A DNA stretch of 64,000 nucleotides, taken from an uncultured Candidatus Poseidoniales archaeon (GTDB taxonomy: Archaea; Thermoplasmatota; Poseidoniia; Poseidoniales; Poseidoniaceae). The notes beneath the pieces were generated by a model. The model was not told the origin of the DNA and searched no databases. It was given only the letters and a program-made list of their open reading frames with translations. Positions 46,619 through 55,555 of the stretch are shown here, piece after piece (position 1 is the first letter of the stretch; the number at the start of each line of letters is the position of its first letter). Made by a program: the position numbers and the translations under genes. Location of the stretch: NCBI GenBank assembly GCA_964613395.1, contig CAZTGO010000006.1:3764-67763 (forward strand), in the 5' to 3' direction.

Positions 46619-48151
46619 TCATTTTTTACGACTTTCCCTTGGCTTTTCTAATTGATAACTCCAAAACATGAGTCCGAGGACGAGTACAAGAAGTGTTTGA
46701 GTTAACGAGGCACTAGGTAAGCCAGGTCCTTCTCCAACACCTAGCGTGTTTTCTTTCTCCATCAACTCTCGAACATCCTTGACAAAATCTTCCGGAATCC
46801 AATGCTCACCAGCCCACATGATGCGAGGCACGCGTTCTTGGTCGAGCAAATAGGTTGCACTCGAGTGACCCACAGTGTAATTCTTGGTTGCGTCCTCCAC
46901 ACAGAGTAACATCGTTGAGTCGGGCCAACTGTAACCAGCATCACACATGCAGTGAAGGGATTGGTTTTCTCCCATCAACCACCCATGCCCGCCACATGCT
47001 TGTTCATCGTCTCCGAACGAGTATGGGGAAGGGATGTCACTCAAGTTGGTGGTCGAAGGATGCCAAGCAATTTTTGTTGTTGCGTTGACATCATCCATTC
47101 CAACCTGAGACTCTTCCCAGACCGAGTTTGTTTGGTTCCATGTGGACAATTGCCACCACCATGTTTCATTCTCACTCGGTTTTTTATCGATTGATGAGAG
47201 GTAATTGCCCCATGATGAAAAGACAATATCAGCATCGTATTGATTGTGAGTGAAAGCGGATGCTGATGCTGCAAAGCCATTCCAACTTGAGATGCCGGTC
47301 ATCATTGTTGTTTGGTTTTCGTACATCACAGTCATACTAGCAACGTTCTGTGGGTCGGGAGAATTTAGATTGCTTGTATTTGCATTGGAGGGTGCCCACG
47401 CAAAATGAGAGATATCAAGAACATCAATGGAAGAAATTCCATCTTCTGCGACAAGCCATGAATCAAATTTTTCATTCCAGTACAATACTTCCCATGACCA
47501 GTTCGCATTGGATTCGATGTTGTTGATGCTCGTCATCATTTGACCGTCTTCGTTTTGGCTCGTTTCAATATCGATTCCGAGTTGTCGTGCAAAGATTTGA
47601 GTCCATGTCCGTCCTTCAAAACTCAGCATGAGTGGGATAAATGTGCCATTATCTGACTCGATGAGGAGAGATTGTGAACGCAATTCTTCTTTGAATTCTT
47701 CTTCTTGGTTTTGCTCATACACATTTTCGACAACGATGCCAAAGGTTGACCAAATAGGGAGCAATTGCTCATATGTTCCTGTAAGATGAGGCCAAGAAGC
47801 TTGGTGTATTTGTGAATACGTTTCCAGTTCCTCGGGACCATCATGCAGTGGATCGGTTGTGATTGAGACAAATGTAATATGATTCTTTTCTTCATCGGTA
47901 AGAAGGGTTTCAACAGATTTCATCGATTGTGTAATTGTTGGACACACATCAGGGCATCTTGTAAAAATGAATGAAAGAACGATGATATCGTTTGAATCTC
48001 TGTCAAAATTATATTCTGAGCCGTTCTGTGTTGTCAGTGTAAAATTTTGAATTGGTTGCCTGCTCAACTGATATCCAATGAAAGCCGCTTGTGTGGTAGA
48101 AGTACACAGAAAAAGGCACGCTACGATAACAAGCAAGGTTTTGCGAAGCAT
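46619..48151 (-). CDS. SCO1/SenC copper chaperone with ~280-aa internal insertion
   Basis: FIFTRCPDVCP, SITTDPLHD, WPHLTG and distal YTVGHSSATYLLD. Signal peptide and C-terminal TM. Confidence 0.88.
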   Translation of the reverse strand: MLRKTLLVIVACLFLCTSTTQAAFIGYQLSRQPIQNFTLTTQNGSEYNFDRDSNDIIVLSFIFTRCPDVCPTITQSMKSVETLLTDEEKNHITFVSITTDPLHDGPEELETYSQIHQASWPHLTGTYEQLLPIWSTFGIVVENVYEQNQEEEFKEELRSQSLLIESDNGTFIPLMLSFEGRTWTQIFARQLGIDIETSQNEDGQMMTSINNIESNANWSWEVLYWNEKFDSWLVAEDGISSIDVLDISHFAWAPSNANTSNLNSPDPQNVASMTVMYENQTTMMTGISSWNGFAASASAFTHNQYDADIVFSSWGNYLSSIDKKPSENETWWWQLSTWNQTNSVWEESQVGMDDVNATTKIAWHPSTTNLSDIPSPYSFGDDEQACGGHGWLMGENQSLHCMCDAGYSWPDSTMLLCVEDATKNYTVGHSSATYLLDQERVPRIMWAGEHWIPEDFVKDVRELMEKENTLGVGEGPGLPSASLTQTLLVLVLGLMFWSYQLEKPRESRKK

Positions 48152-48160
48152 GTACGAACC

Positions 48161-48508
48161 TCATCGCTGGCCAGCATAATCCCAGTTTGGCGTGCACCAA
48201 TCTGGAAGGCCTGTGACTGCTCCAGGATTGGATAGTCCGATTCCCCAAAGCATCAACAAGACGAAGATGACTGGAAAAATTGCAGTACGGAAGTAAATCA
48301 CAGGGTCACCTCGAAGGTGCATGAAATAAGCTGCAATTCCGTATCCTTTGACAATACCAACGCCGATGAGAATTGCCCACACAATCATGAGGTCCAACTC
48401 GATGTACACTGCACCAACTTCGAGGATGGTAAATACCATGAGAACAATAAAGTTCCAGAAGTAGATGTCTTTGCCCATAATTAATTTGTGATCTCCCATT
48501 TTTTTCAC
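48161..48508 (-). CDS. Cytochrome c oxidase subunit IV (prokaryotic CtaF/CyoD-like)
   Basis: Three TM helices with LMVFTILE, IVKGYGIAAYFMHL. Position directly after coxIII. Confidence 0.85.
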   Translation of the reverse strand: MKKMGDHKLIMGKDIYFWNFIVLMVFTILEVGAVYIELDLMIVWAILIGVGIVKGYGIAAYFMHLRGDPVIYFRTAIFPVIFVLLMLWGIGLSNPGAVTGLPDWCTPNWDYAGQR

Positions 48509-48509
48509 C

Positions 48510-49919
48510 TCAATACAAATAGAACGCTGGGAAAATGGCTACCCAAGCCAAATCCACAAAGTGCCAATACAAACCAAAGTATTCGATACCTTGACCGTTT
48601 TCTTCATCAAAACCAACGGTATCTGCTTTGAATATCAAGTAAAGCATCACTAGCAATCCAATGAAAACGTGCAATCCGTGTGCACCAGTTGCAATGTAAA
48701 AGATAGAACCACCTTGTGTACCGATATCGAACCCTTCAGCAACAAGATGGCTCCATTCAATGAGTTTCAGCACGATGAACATGGAACCGAGAAGGAATGT
48801 CGCAAGGAGATAATTGCGTACAGCAATCTTCTGTGTTGGCATGATTTTACCCATGAATCCTTTTGGAGCTTCCCAGTTGTGTGCTTTCGCTGTCTTGAGT
48901 GCTAGGACGATGGTGTAAGAAGAAATGATGAGAGCAAATGTGTTAATTGCACCTGGAAGCAATGTCATGAAGTCGCCTTGGCCGCCGATAACAGTACCGT
49001 CTTCGAGGACCATGCTCCCACCGTTTGGTCTGAGGAAATCGGATGCTGTGAGCATATCAACTTGATACGAAACCGCACCGTTTTCACCGACGACTTGACA
49101 AGAGGGATTTTCCTCTTGTACTTGCCAAAATGTACACCACTCTGTTCTCATTCGTAGATAGGACGAGAAGAATGTGGCGAACACCATAACTTCGGACATA
49201 ATGAAAACCCAAAGCCCTGCTTTTCGGATATGTTGCCCTTCAAATGGATGCGATGTTGCAATTTGCTCGCCGTGGCCGATAAACGGAAGGTCTTCTCTCC
49301 ACCAATTTGCAACACCGATGGCAACGATGACCAAACCGAGCAAACTGAGCGTCATATCACCCACATTACCGCCTGCATCGGTCATCAGCATTGCCTTCGC
49401 AGCATCTGCGAACATTGGGAATCCCATTAAGAAGAGGAGTATACCAAATGAGAAGATAATCGGGGATGATGATCCGTGGTGCTCGTGACCATATTCGTCT
49501 TCATGCCCATGGCCATCACCATGGTCGCCGGATGGCTGAATTGAATTCATGAAGCCACCAAGTCCGATAAAGAGTGCATACACTACACACATGAGGAGAA
49601 TGGTAATACCTGCGGTTCTCCATGTCAAGTACGAAAGATGAGCTTCTACATAGTGATGGTGTGCATCTTCTTCCACCTTGTGCAATTGATCTAATTCACT
49701 TTGCGTTGCGGTTCCTGAATCTGATGCCGCTTTGTAGTCTTCTTTTGCAACCTCGTAAGCATGGTGTGCATCTTCATATTCATGGTGTTTTAGATTCGCA
49801 ACACCAACGCCCATGACCCCGTAAGCGAGGACGCCAACGATGAGGAAAATTGCACCAAATAGGACTGCTCTCATCCAAATGGTATTTTCGATATCTGCAC
49901 CATGTCCGTGGGCACTCAT
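48510..49919 (-). CDS. Cytochrome c oxidase subunit III with His-rich N-terminal extension
   Basis: GLWVFIMSEVMVFATFFSSY, NTFALIISS, FYIATGAHGLHVFIG, GLYWHFVDLAWVAIFPAFY. Confidence 0.92.
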   Translation of the reverse strand: MSAHGHGADIENTIWMRAVLFGAIFLIVGVLAYGVMGVGVANLKHHEYEDAHHAYEVAKEDYKAASDSGTATQSELDQLHKVEEDAHHHYVEAHLSYLTWRTAGITILLMCVVYALFIGLGGFMNSIQPSGDHGDGHGHEDEYGHEHHGSSSPIIFSFGILLFLMGFPMFADAAKAMLMTDAGGNVGDMTLSLLGLVIVAIGVANWWREDLPFIGHGEQIATSHPFEGQHIRKAGLWVFIMSEVMVFATFFSSYLRMRTEWCTFWQVQEENPSCQVVGENGAVSYQVDMLTASDFLRPNGGSMVLEDGTVIGGQGDFMTLLPGAINTFALIISSYTIVLALKTAKAHNWEAPKGFMGKIMPTQKIAVRNYLLATFLLGSMFIVLKLIEWSHLVAEGFDIGTQGGSIFYIATGAHGLHVFIGLLVMLYLIFKADTVGFDEENGQGIEYFGLYWHFVDLAWVAIFPAFYLY

Positions 49920-52255
49920 GAGCTCGCCTCCTTTGGTTCGCCTTTCCAGAGTTTTTCTTTGATCGAAGGCGTATCGTTATGATGACCATAGTGCTCATTC
50001 ATGTCGTTTTGTGTAGGGATGTCATGGAATGATGGCGTTGGTGGAGGTGATGTCGTCGACCATTCGAGGGACCAACCGCCCCATGGGTCTTTGCCGACAG
50101 GTTCGCCTCGCTTTCCAGAGTAGATGATGTTCCACACGAGAAGGAGTTGGCTGAGGCCAAAGATGAAGGCGAAGATTGACACTGCCATATTATACTCAGC
50201 GAATCCAGATTCAACGGTGTAGGTATGTGTTCTTCTTGGCATACCCATGATGCCAAGTGCGTGCATTGGCCAGAATGCGGCATTGTAAGCCGAGAAGCCA
50301 ATGAGGAAATGCCAGAGACCAAGTGTTTCGTTGAGTTTTCGGCCGGTCACCTTTGGGTACCAGTAGTATAGACCAGAGAACAGTGCAAACACAGTTCCAC
50401 CGATAAACACGTAGTGGAAGTGAGCCACGACGAAATACGAATCATGGAAATGGATATCAAGACCTGCTACTGGGAAAAACATTCCAGAAATTCCACCGAG
50501 TGTAAACGTGACGAGGAAGCCAAGAGACCACAATGTGTGGGTCTTCATGACAAGGGAGCCACCCCAAAGCGTTGCGAGCCAGTTGAAGATTTTGGCTCCA
50601 GTTGGAATAGCCACAAGCATGGTTGTAATCATGAACGCTGCACGCCAAAATGGGTCCATACCCGATGTGAGCATGTGGTGCCCCCACACGATGAAGCCAA
50701 CAACACCGATACCGGCCATAGCGAAGACCATCGATTTGTACCCAAAGATCGACCTTCGAGCAGATGTTGCAAGAACTTCAGATACGATACCGAAGGCAGG
50801 CACAATCACAACGTATACCTCGGGATGGCCAAAGAACCAGAACAGGTGCTGGAACAACAACGGGTCCCCTCCCGCAACGAAGAATGTCGTTCCTATCGTG
50901 TGGTCAAACAGCAAGAAAAAGACACCGATGACAAGTGCTGGTAGAGACATGTACAACATGAATACGCTGATGAAAACCGACCATGTAAACAGAGGCATTC
51001 GCATCCATGTGACGCCAGGGGCTCGCATCGTGAACACAGTTGTAATGAAATTCACACCGCTTAGCGTAGAAGATGCACCGAGCATGGCCATGCCAGAGAT
51101 GAACGAAATCGTACCAAGGTTTGCTCCATATCCCGATAAACTTTCACCCAAGTTTGCTTCTGAAAGCGAAGCATATGGCGGGTACATGACCCATGTGATG
51201 TCAGCACCTTGACCAGACCAAATGCCCGAGAAAATGAGTGGTGCTGAAAACACGAGAAGCCAAAGTCCCATGGCGTTGATTCGAGGGAAGGCGAGGTCTT
51301 TTGCACCAATTTGCAACGGTAACACGTAATTCATGAAACCAGCAATCATTGGCATGGCCCCTAGGAAAATCATTGTCGTTCCGTGGAGTGTAAAGAACGA
51401 GTTGTATTCGTCGTAAGTGAGGAAATCGTTTTCTGGGAGAGCGAGTTGTATTCTAAACAATAGAGCAAGCAATCCTCCGACCAGGAAGAAAAAGAATCCG
51501 AAGAGGAAATACATCACGCCGACTTCTTTGTGATCAGTTGTGGTAAGCCAAGGTTTGAGGAATGACCAGAATTTGTCCATTGTAAAGGTGTCAGGTGAAC
51601 GTCGGTAAAACACCCAAAGGATGCCGAGGAAAATTAGTCCAACAGCGAGACCGATGGCTGTGATGAAGATGACGAGGGCAGATGCACTCGGACCGGTTGA
51701 TTCAGCGTTAACACCTGGAATGGAAATCACGACTTTATTCCAGTAGTCTCCCGATGACCCTCCATTTCCAGTGTTGCCGTTCACAGCGTTACCGTAGACT
51801 GTAAGTTCAACTGTTTTGGTATCATCTGCTGGTGCGGTGAGTTCAAAGTCCCACGACCTGAATTTGTTCCCATCAACCGTGTGTGTCAATCCGCCTTCAT
51901 ATTCATAGGAGAGCGTTTCATCAACACCGGTGACGGTTGTGCCACTCGAAGCAATGATTCTGAATCCACCGTAAGGAACAGTTCTTGAGCCATCGGTAAC
52001 GATGCCATCACCATCAAGTGTCATCACATCGTTTTGAATGGTCACAGTGAACGCATAGGTTTCACTCGCGTTGAACGATTCAGGCAATCCCGAAACTGTG
52101 ACTTTGGTGTCATCTGAAGGGGTTAGTCCGTGACAAAAACAACCTTGGCTGTTTGCTACTTCACCGATACCATTAGGTGCAGCTGAAAATTGAGGCATTG
52201 CAAAAATTGAGGCGAGGAAAGCGAGCGTAACCAGAACAAGGATACTCTTTCTCAT
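49916..52255 (-). CDS. Cytochrome c oxidase subunit I (A1 type) fused to N-terminal Reeler-like domain
   Basis: TTTDHK, TLHGTTMIF, DLAFPRIN (D channel), WFFGHPEVY, WGHHM, PTGAK (K channel), VAHFHYV. Confidence 0.96.
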   Translation of the reverse strand: MRKSILVLVTLAFLASIFAMPQFSAAPNGIGEVANSQGCFCHGLTPSDDTKVTVSGLPESFNASETYAFTVTIQNDVMTLDGDGIVTDGSRTVPYGGFRIIASSGTTVTGVDETLSYEYEGGLTHTVDGNKFRSWDFELTAPADDTKTVELTVYGNAVNGNTGNGGSSGDYWNKVVISIPGVNAESTGPSASALVIFITAIGLAVGLIFLGILWVFYRRSPDTFTMDKFWSFLKPWLTTTDHKEVGVMYFLFGFFFFLVGGLLALLFRIQLALPENDFLTYDEYNSFFTLHGTTMIFLGAMPMIAGFMNYVLPLQIGAKDLAFPRINAMGLWLLVFSAPLIFSGIWSGQGADITWVMYPPYASLSEANLGESLSGYGANLGTISFISGMAMLGASSTLSGVNFITTVFTMRAPGVTWMRMPLFTWSVFISVFMLYMSLPALVIGVFFLLFDHTIGTTFFVAGGDPLLFQHLFWFFGHPEVYVVIVPAFGIVSEVLATSARRSIFGYKSMVFAMAGIGVVGFIVWGHHMLTSGMDPFWRAAFMITTMLVAIPTGAKIFNWLATLWGGSLVMKTHTLWSLGFLVTFTLGGISGMFFPVAGLDIHFHDSYFVVAHFHYVFIGGTVFALFSGLYYWYPKVTGRKLNETLGLWHFLIGFSAYNAAFWPMHALGIMGMPRRTHTYTVESGFAEYNMAVSIFAFIFGLSQLLLVWNIIYSGKRGEPVGKDPWGGWSLEWSTTSPPPTPSFHDIPTQNDMNEHYGHHNDTPSIKEKLWKGEPKEASS

Positions 52256-53241
52256 TAGTAACCACCTCCTGATGCCTCTGCTTTGACTCCAGTATCAACA
52301 TCGCAGAAGTCATTTGAACCGACGCCAGTCCATTCCCGTGCCACGACTTTGACAACTCCACCCATCATAGAATGCTGATTACCGCAGTATTCAGCACAAC
52401 GAATTGGAAATTCTCCTGCTCGGTCAGGCGTCGCCATCATGACCGTGCCGCTTTCTAAACCTGGAACGAGATCTTCCTTGACACCCCACTCAGGTAGCCA
52501 GAAGGAGTGTTGAACGCCTACATAGTTTGGGTTGGAGTCGTCTGAAGGCTTTGAGTGCATAGTGAACACTGTATTTTCGTCACACGGCACAATCATAGGT
52601 TCATTAGATGCAGACGAGAACATGTGGCCTTCTGGGATGTGCATCCATGTGTGGAGGACATCGCCTGCTTCGTTTGTAACTTCGACGATAGCGAAGGTTC
52701 CCTCATCGAAAGGTTGGTTGATCGTGAGGAGGCCAGTCATCTGGTCGAGTTCGTATTGATTTTCATCCGAGCCGACGATGACTGTAGCGTTCACGCCTGC
52801 GGATTGAGAGGCATCGACAGTGAGCGAGCCTTGCCAATTGACATCAACACCGGTTGACCTGGAATCGTCTTCCCAGGTAAGTTCATCGGTGTAGTGGTAT
52901 TCCCAGAACCATTGTTTGCCGACGATTTCCATATCATTGGTCTCTGCTGGGTCTTCGGGAATCTTCCAAACCTCTGTGTTAGAAGCCAAAGCAAGAACGA
53001 TGAGCCAAGCGACGATGATCGTAGGAAGGACATAGAACATAACTTCGATACGTGTATTGTGTCGATCGACGGGGAATGAACCGACCTCGATGTGGTCGAC
53101 TTGAGTGGTGTCAGGCTCGACACCGTCACGATATCTCAAGATGGCTAAAAAGAGCCAACCAAACGTAAAGATACCCACGATAATAGACCAAAACATGAAC
53201 TTCTCGTATAGAACTGCGAAGACTGTGTCTCGTGCAACCAT
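52255..53241 (-). CDS. Cytochrome c oxidase subunit II with insertion
   Basis: Two TMs, GKQWFWEY, VQHSFWLP, CAEYCGNQHSMM (complete CuA ligands). No CxxCH cytochrome c domain. ATG 53241 chosen as start. Confidence 0.94.
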   Translation of the reverse strand: MVARDTVFAVLYEKFMFWSIIVGIFTFGWLFLAILRYRDGVEPDTTQVDHIEVGSFPVDRHNTRIEVMFYVLPTIIVAWLIVLALASNTEVWKIPEDPAETNDMEIVGKQWFWEYHYTDELTWEDDSRSTGVDVNWQGSLTVDASQSAGVNATVIVGSDENQYELDQMTGLLTINQPFDEGTFAIVEVTNEAGDVLHTWMHIPEGHMFSSASNEPMIVPCDENTVFTMHSKPSDDSNPNYVGVQHSFWLPEWGVKEDLVPGLESGTVMMATPDRAGEFPIRCAEYCGNQHSMMGGVVKVVAREWTGVGSNDFCDVDTGVKAEASGGGY

Positions 53242-53476
53242 GCACTCACCAACCGAACCGCCGTGGCGGATGGACTTAAGCATTTGTTGATTGGGGTTTG
53301 GGAGAGGCCATTCTTTGCGATTGGAGTAATGTCTCGCCGTCATTCGATTTTCACCATCAATGAAAGATTACGATTTTGAAAAATTTCTTCTTGTTTTCTT
53401 TTGCGAAAAAATACCAGCGAACGACCGTCTTAACTGATGAAAGGACATTATTTGTAAATGTCAATCCTCTACTCAA

Positions 53477-53933
53477 TATGATGCGAGGTCAACGTTTTGA
53501 CGATGAACGTTGGGACGAAGCAGGTCAAGCACTCGCTGAGGCGCGCAGAAACAACGAATTGCATAGCATCCCTATTCTAGTGGAGGGTAAGCGGGATGTT
53601 GAAACGCTTCGAAAGTTGGGTTTTCGTGGACCTATTGAGCGAATTCATCGAGGGCAACCCCTTGATGTAGTGATTGTTAGACTCGTCGAAGAATATGGAA
53701 TACCACGGAATACAGTCGGTTTCAATCTGTATCTTCTGATGGATTGGGACAGAACAGGGGGTAGATTGCAAAAAATTTGTAGAACAAATTTCGAGTCTCT
53801 TGATTTTCGATTTGATGAAAATCTTCGAAAAACGCTCATGAAGTATCTCTTTTCAATCACAACAACCGTGGAAGGCATGTCTGGATTTTTGGATCTCATT
53901 TTAGAAAAAATAGAACAAGCGGACGTGTTGTAA
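53477..53933 (+). CDS. Stand-alone Toprim-domain protein
   Basis: ILVEGKRDVETLRKLG and LMDWDRTG (DxD). Confidence 0.85.
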
Positions 53934-53935
53934 GA

Positions 53936-54394
53936 TCACTCAAATTCAAATGCATGAGCATCTTCTTTTACCGTATTCAAGACCACATGTGTGAATGACC
54001 TTGCTACCCCTTCGAGCGTGAAAACCGTTTTTGTGAGGTTATCGAGATCTTGTCTATTTTTGACTCGTGCTAAGACTATTGAATCCCAGTCGCCTGTTAC
54101 GTCATATACTGCAAAAACTCGAGGGTCAGAGGAAATTTTGTGCTGGACTTCAATCATTTTTCCCTTCACGATTCGCAATCCTGCCATAATCGTCATTCCA
54201 TATCCGATTTTTTCCGGGTTGACTTTCACTTGATAGCCCAAAATAATCCCGTCATCCTCCAACTTTCGAAGACGATTTGCAACTGTCCCTTGAGAAACGC
54301 CTACTTCTTTTGCAAGGTCTCGTTGACTGCGTCGGGCATCGATCTGTAAGGCTTTGAGTAAATCGATATCGATGTTATCGAGACTACCGCTCAT
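53936..54394 (-). CDS. Lrp/AsnC family transcriptional regulator
   Basis: LDNIDIDLLKALQIDARRSQRDLAKEVGVSQGTVANRLRKLEDDGIILGY, YDVTGDWD. Confidence 0.95.
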   Translation of the reverse strand: MSGSLDNIDIDLLKALQIDARRSQRDLAKEVGVSQGTVANRLRKLEDDGIILGYQVKVNPEKIGYGMTIMAGLRIVKGKMIEVQHKISSDPRVFAVYDVTGDWDSIVLARVKNRQDLDNLTKTVFTLEGVARSFTHVVLNTVKEDAHAFEFE

Positions 54395-54421
54395 AATCTG
54401 ATGTCGTTGATTTCTTTAATT

Positions 54422-55555
54422 TCAAGACTTCGCTAGTGCATCTTGAACATAATGAGGCGATTCTATCGACAATTGTTGCTTCCACACCCCCAAGGATTCA
54501 ATTTCTAATCGTATTGAAATTTTTAACCGTTCTTCATGCATTGATTTGAAGGTGAGTTTGAATGTTTTTTGTTGACGTGAAGACAGTTGAATTGTTGCTG
54601 GTTTTTGTTTAAAGTTCCATGGCTGTTCGACTGACCAAGATAGTATTGTAGCCGAATCTTTACCGTTTAAAATTGAGAGATGCAAGATTTCTCCATTCCA
54701 ATTAGCTGACAATTTTGGAATCAATTCATCTCTTTTGAAAGAGTTTTGAATAATACCATAAAAAATGATACTGGAGAAAATGAAAATCAACATTGGGAAC
54801 AAGGCGGAGCTAAGTTTTAGTGTGGATGTTTCATTCGGTAAGTTTGAATGATACAGGCTAAGCAAGCTAGTTTCATTTGTTCGTGGATCATCGCCAATAA
54901 AAGCAACAGTGTATGCCCAACCTTTCGATTGTTCTTCGAAATCAACACCTGCAGCAAGAAGGTGATCTGGTTCGAGGATATATTGACTGAATGTCGTGTT
55001 TCCTTCTTGATTTGAAAAGCCAATTTCCGGTTTAAATTCAACCACGAGATGGTCGAGTTGTCTACCATGATGGTCGACTGCGTAATTGTTGGTGAGGACG
55101 AGATACATCATTGTGTTAAGGGATAGATTCGCTTGAGGCGTAATAGCAAGATTAAACACAACGGCGACCCCTTCATCTAATCGGACAAGCGAGACGATTC
55201 CTTCAATTTCAACGAGTTGAATATTTGGAATTGGTTGACTCATTTGGGTGTTGATTCGAATTTCACCATTGGTCATGAGTTCTTGACTTCTATCAATGTT
55301 CAAGACATCCGTCCTCGCTATAGCATCATCATCGGGCCAATTTGACCCCGTCTCATCGCTCCATAACCACCAATTCATGACAACGGTGGACGAATTGTAG
55401 TGAGAAGGTAACGTTCGATTGACTGGTTGAAATTGTTCAACGAGATATTGATGTTGATTTGATGGAAGCGAAGACTCAGCGATAACATCATCTGAAGCTG
55501 AAACTAAAGGTATTGACATCATCAAAAAAAGAAGGAAGAGAATGACTTTTTTCAT
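54422..55555 (-). CDS. Hypothetical exported/membrane protein
   Basis: Signal peptide, internal TM (SALFPMLIFIFSSIIFYGII), and a 4-nt overlap with the upstream gene. Confidence 0.7.
   Translation of the reverse strand: MKKVILFLLFLMMSIPLVSASDDVIAESSLPSNQHQYLVEQFQPVNRTLPSHYNSSTVVMNWWLWSDETGSNWPDDDAIARTDVLNIDRSQELMTNGEIRINTQMSQPIPNIQLVEIEGIVSLVRLDEGVAVVFNLAITPQANLSLNTMMYLVLTNNYAVDHHGRQLDHLVVEFKPEIGFSNQEGNTTFSQYILEPDHLLAAGVDFEEQSKGWAYTVAFIGDDPRTNETSLLSLYHSNLPNETSTLKLSSALFPMLIFIFSSIIFYGIIQNSFKRDELIPKLSANWNGEILHLSILNGKDSATILSWSVEQPWNFKQKPATIQLSSRQQKTFKLTFKSMHEERLKISIRLEIESLGVWKQQLSIESPHYVQDALAKS

Noticed and set aside
50414-51212. Long plus-strand ORFs opposite coxI (also 62297..62851, 62853..63455, 10780..11277, 12304..13038)
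   Set aside because: They are antisense or alternate-frame shadows of well-supported genes, with no motifs or promoters of their own.
53258-53269. CCGCC-GT-GGCGG palindrome between the cox TATA-like box and the start codon
   Set aside because: It is a single short GC-rich palindrome with no second copy noticed, too weak to call an operator.
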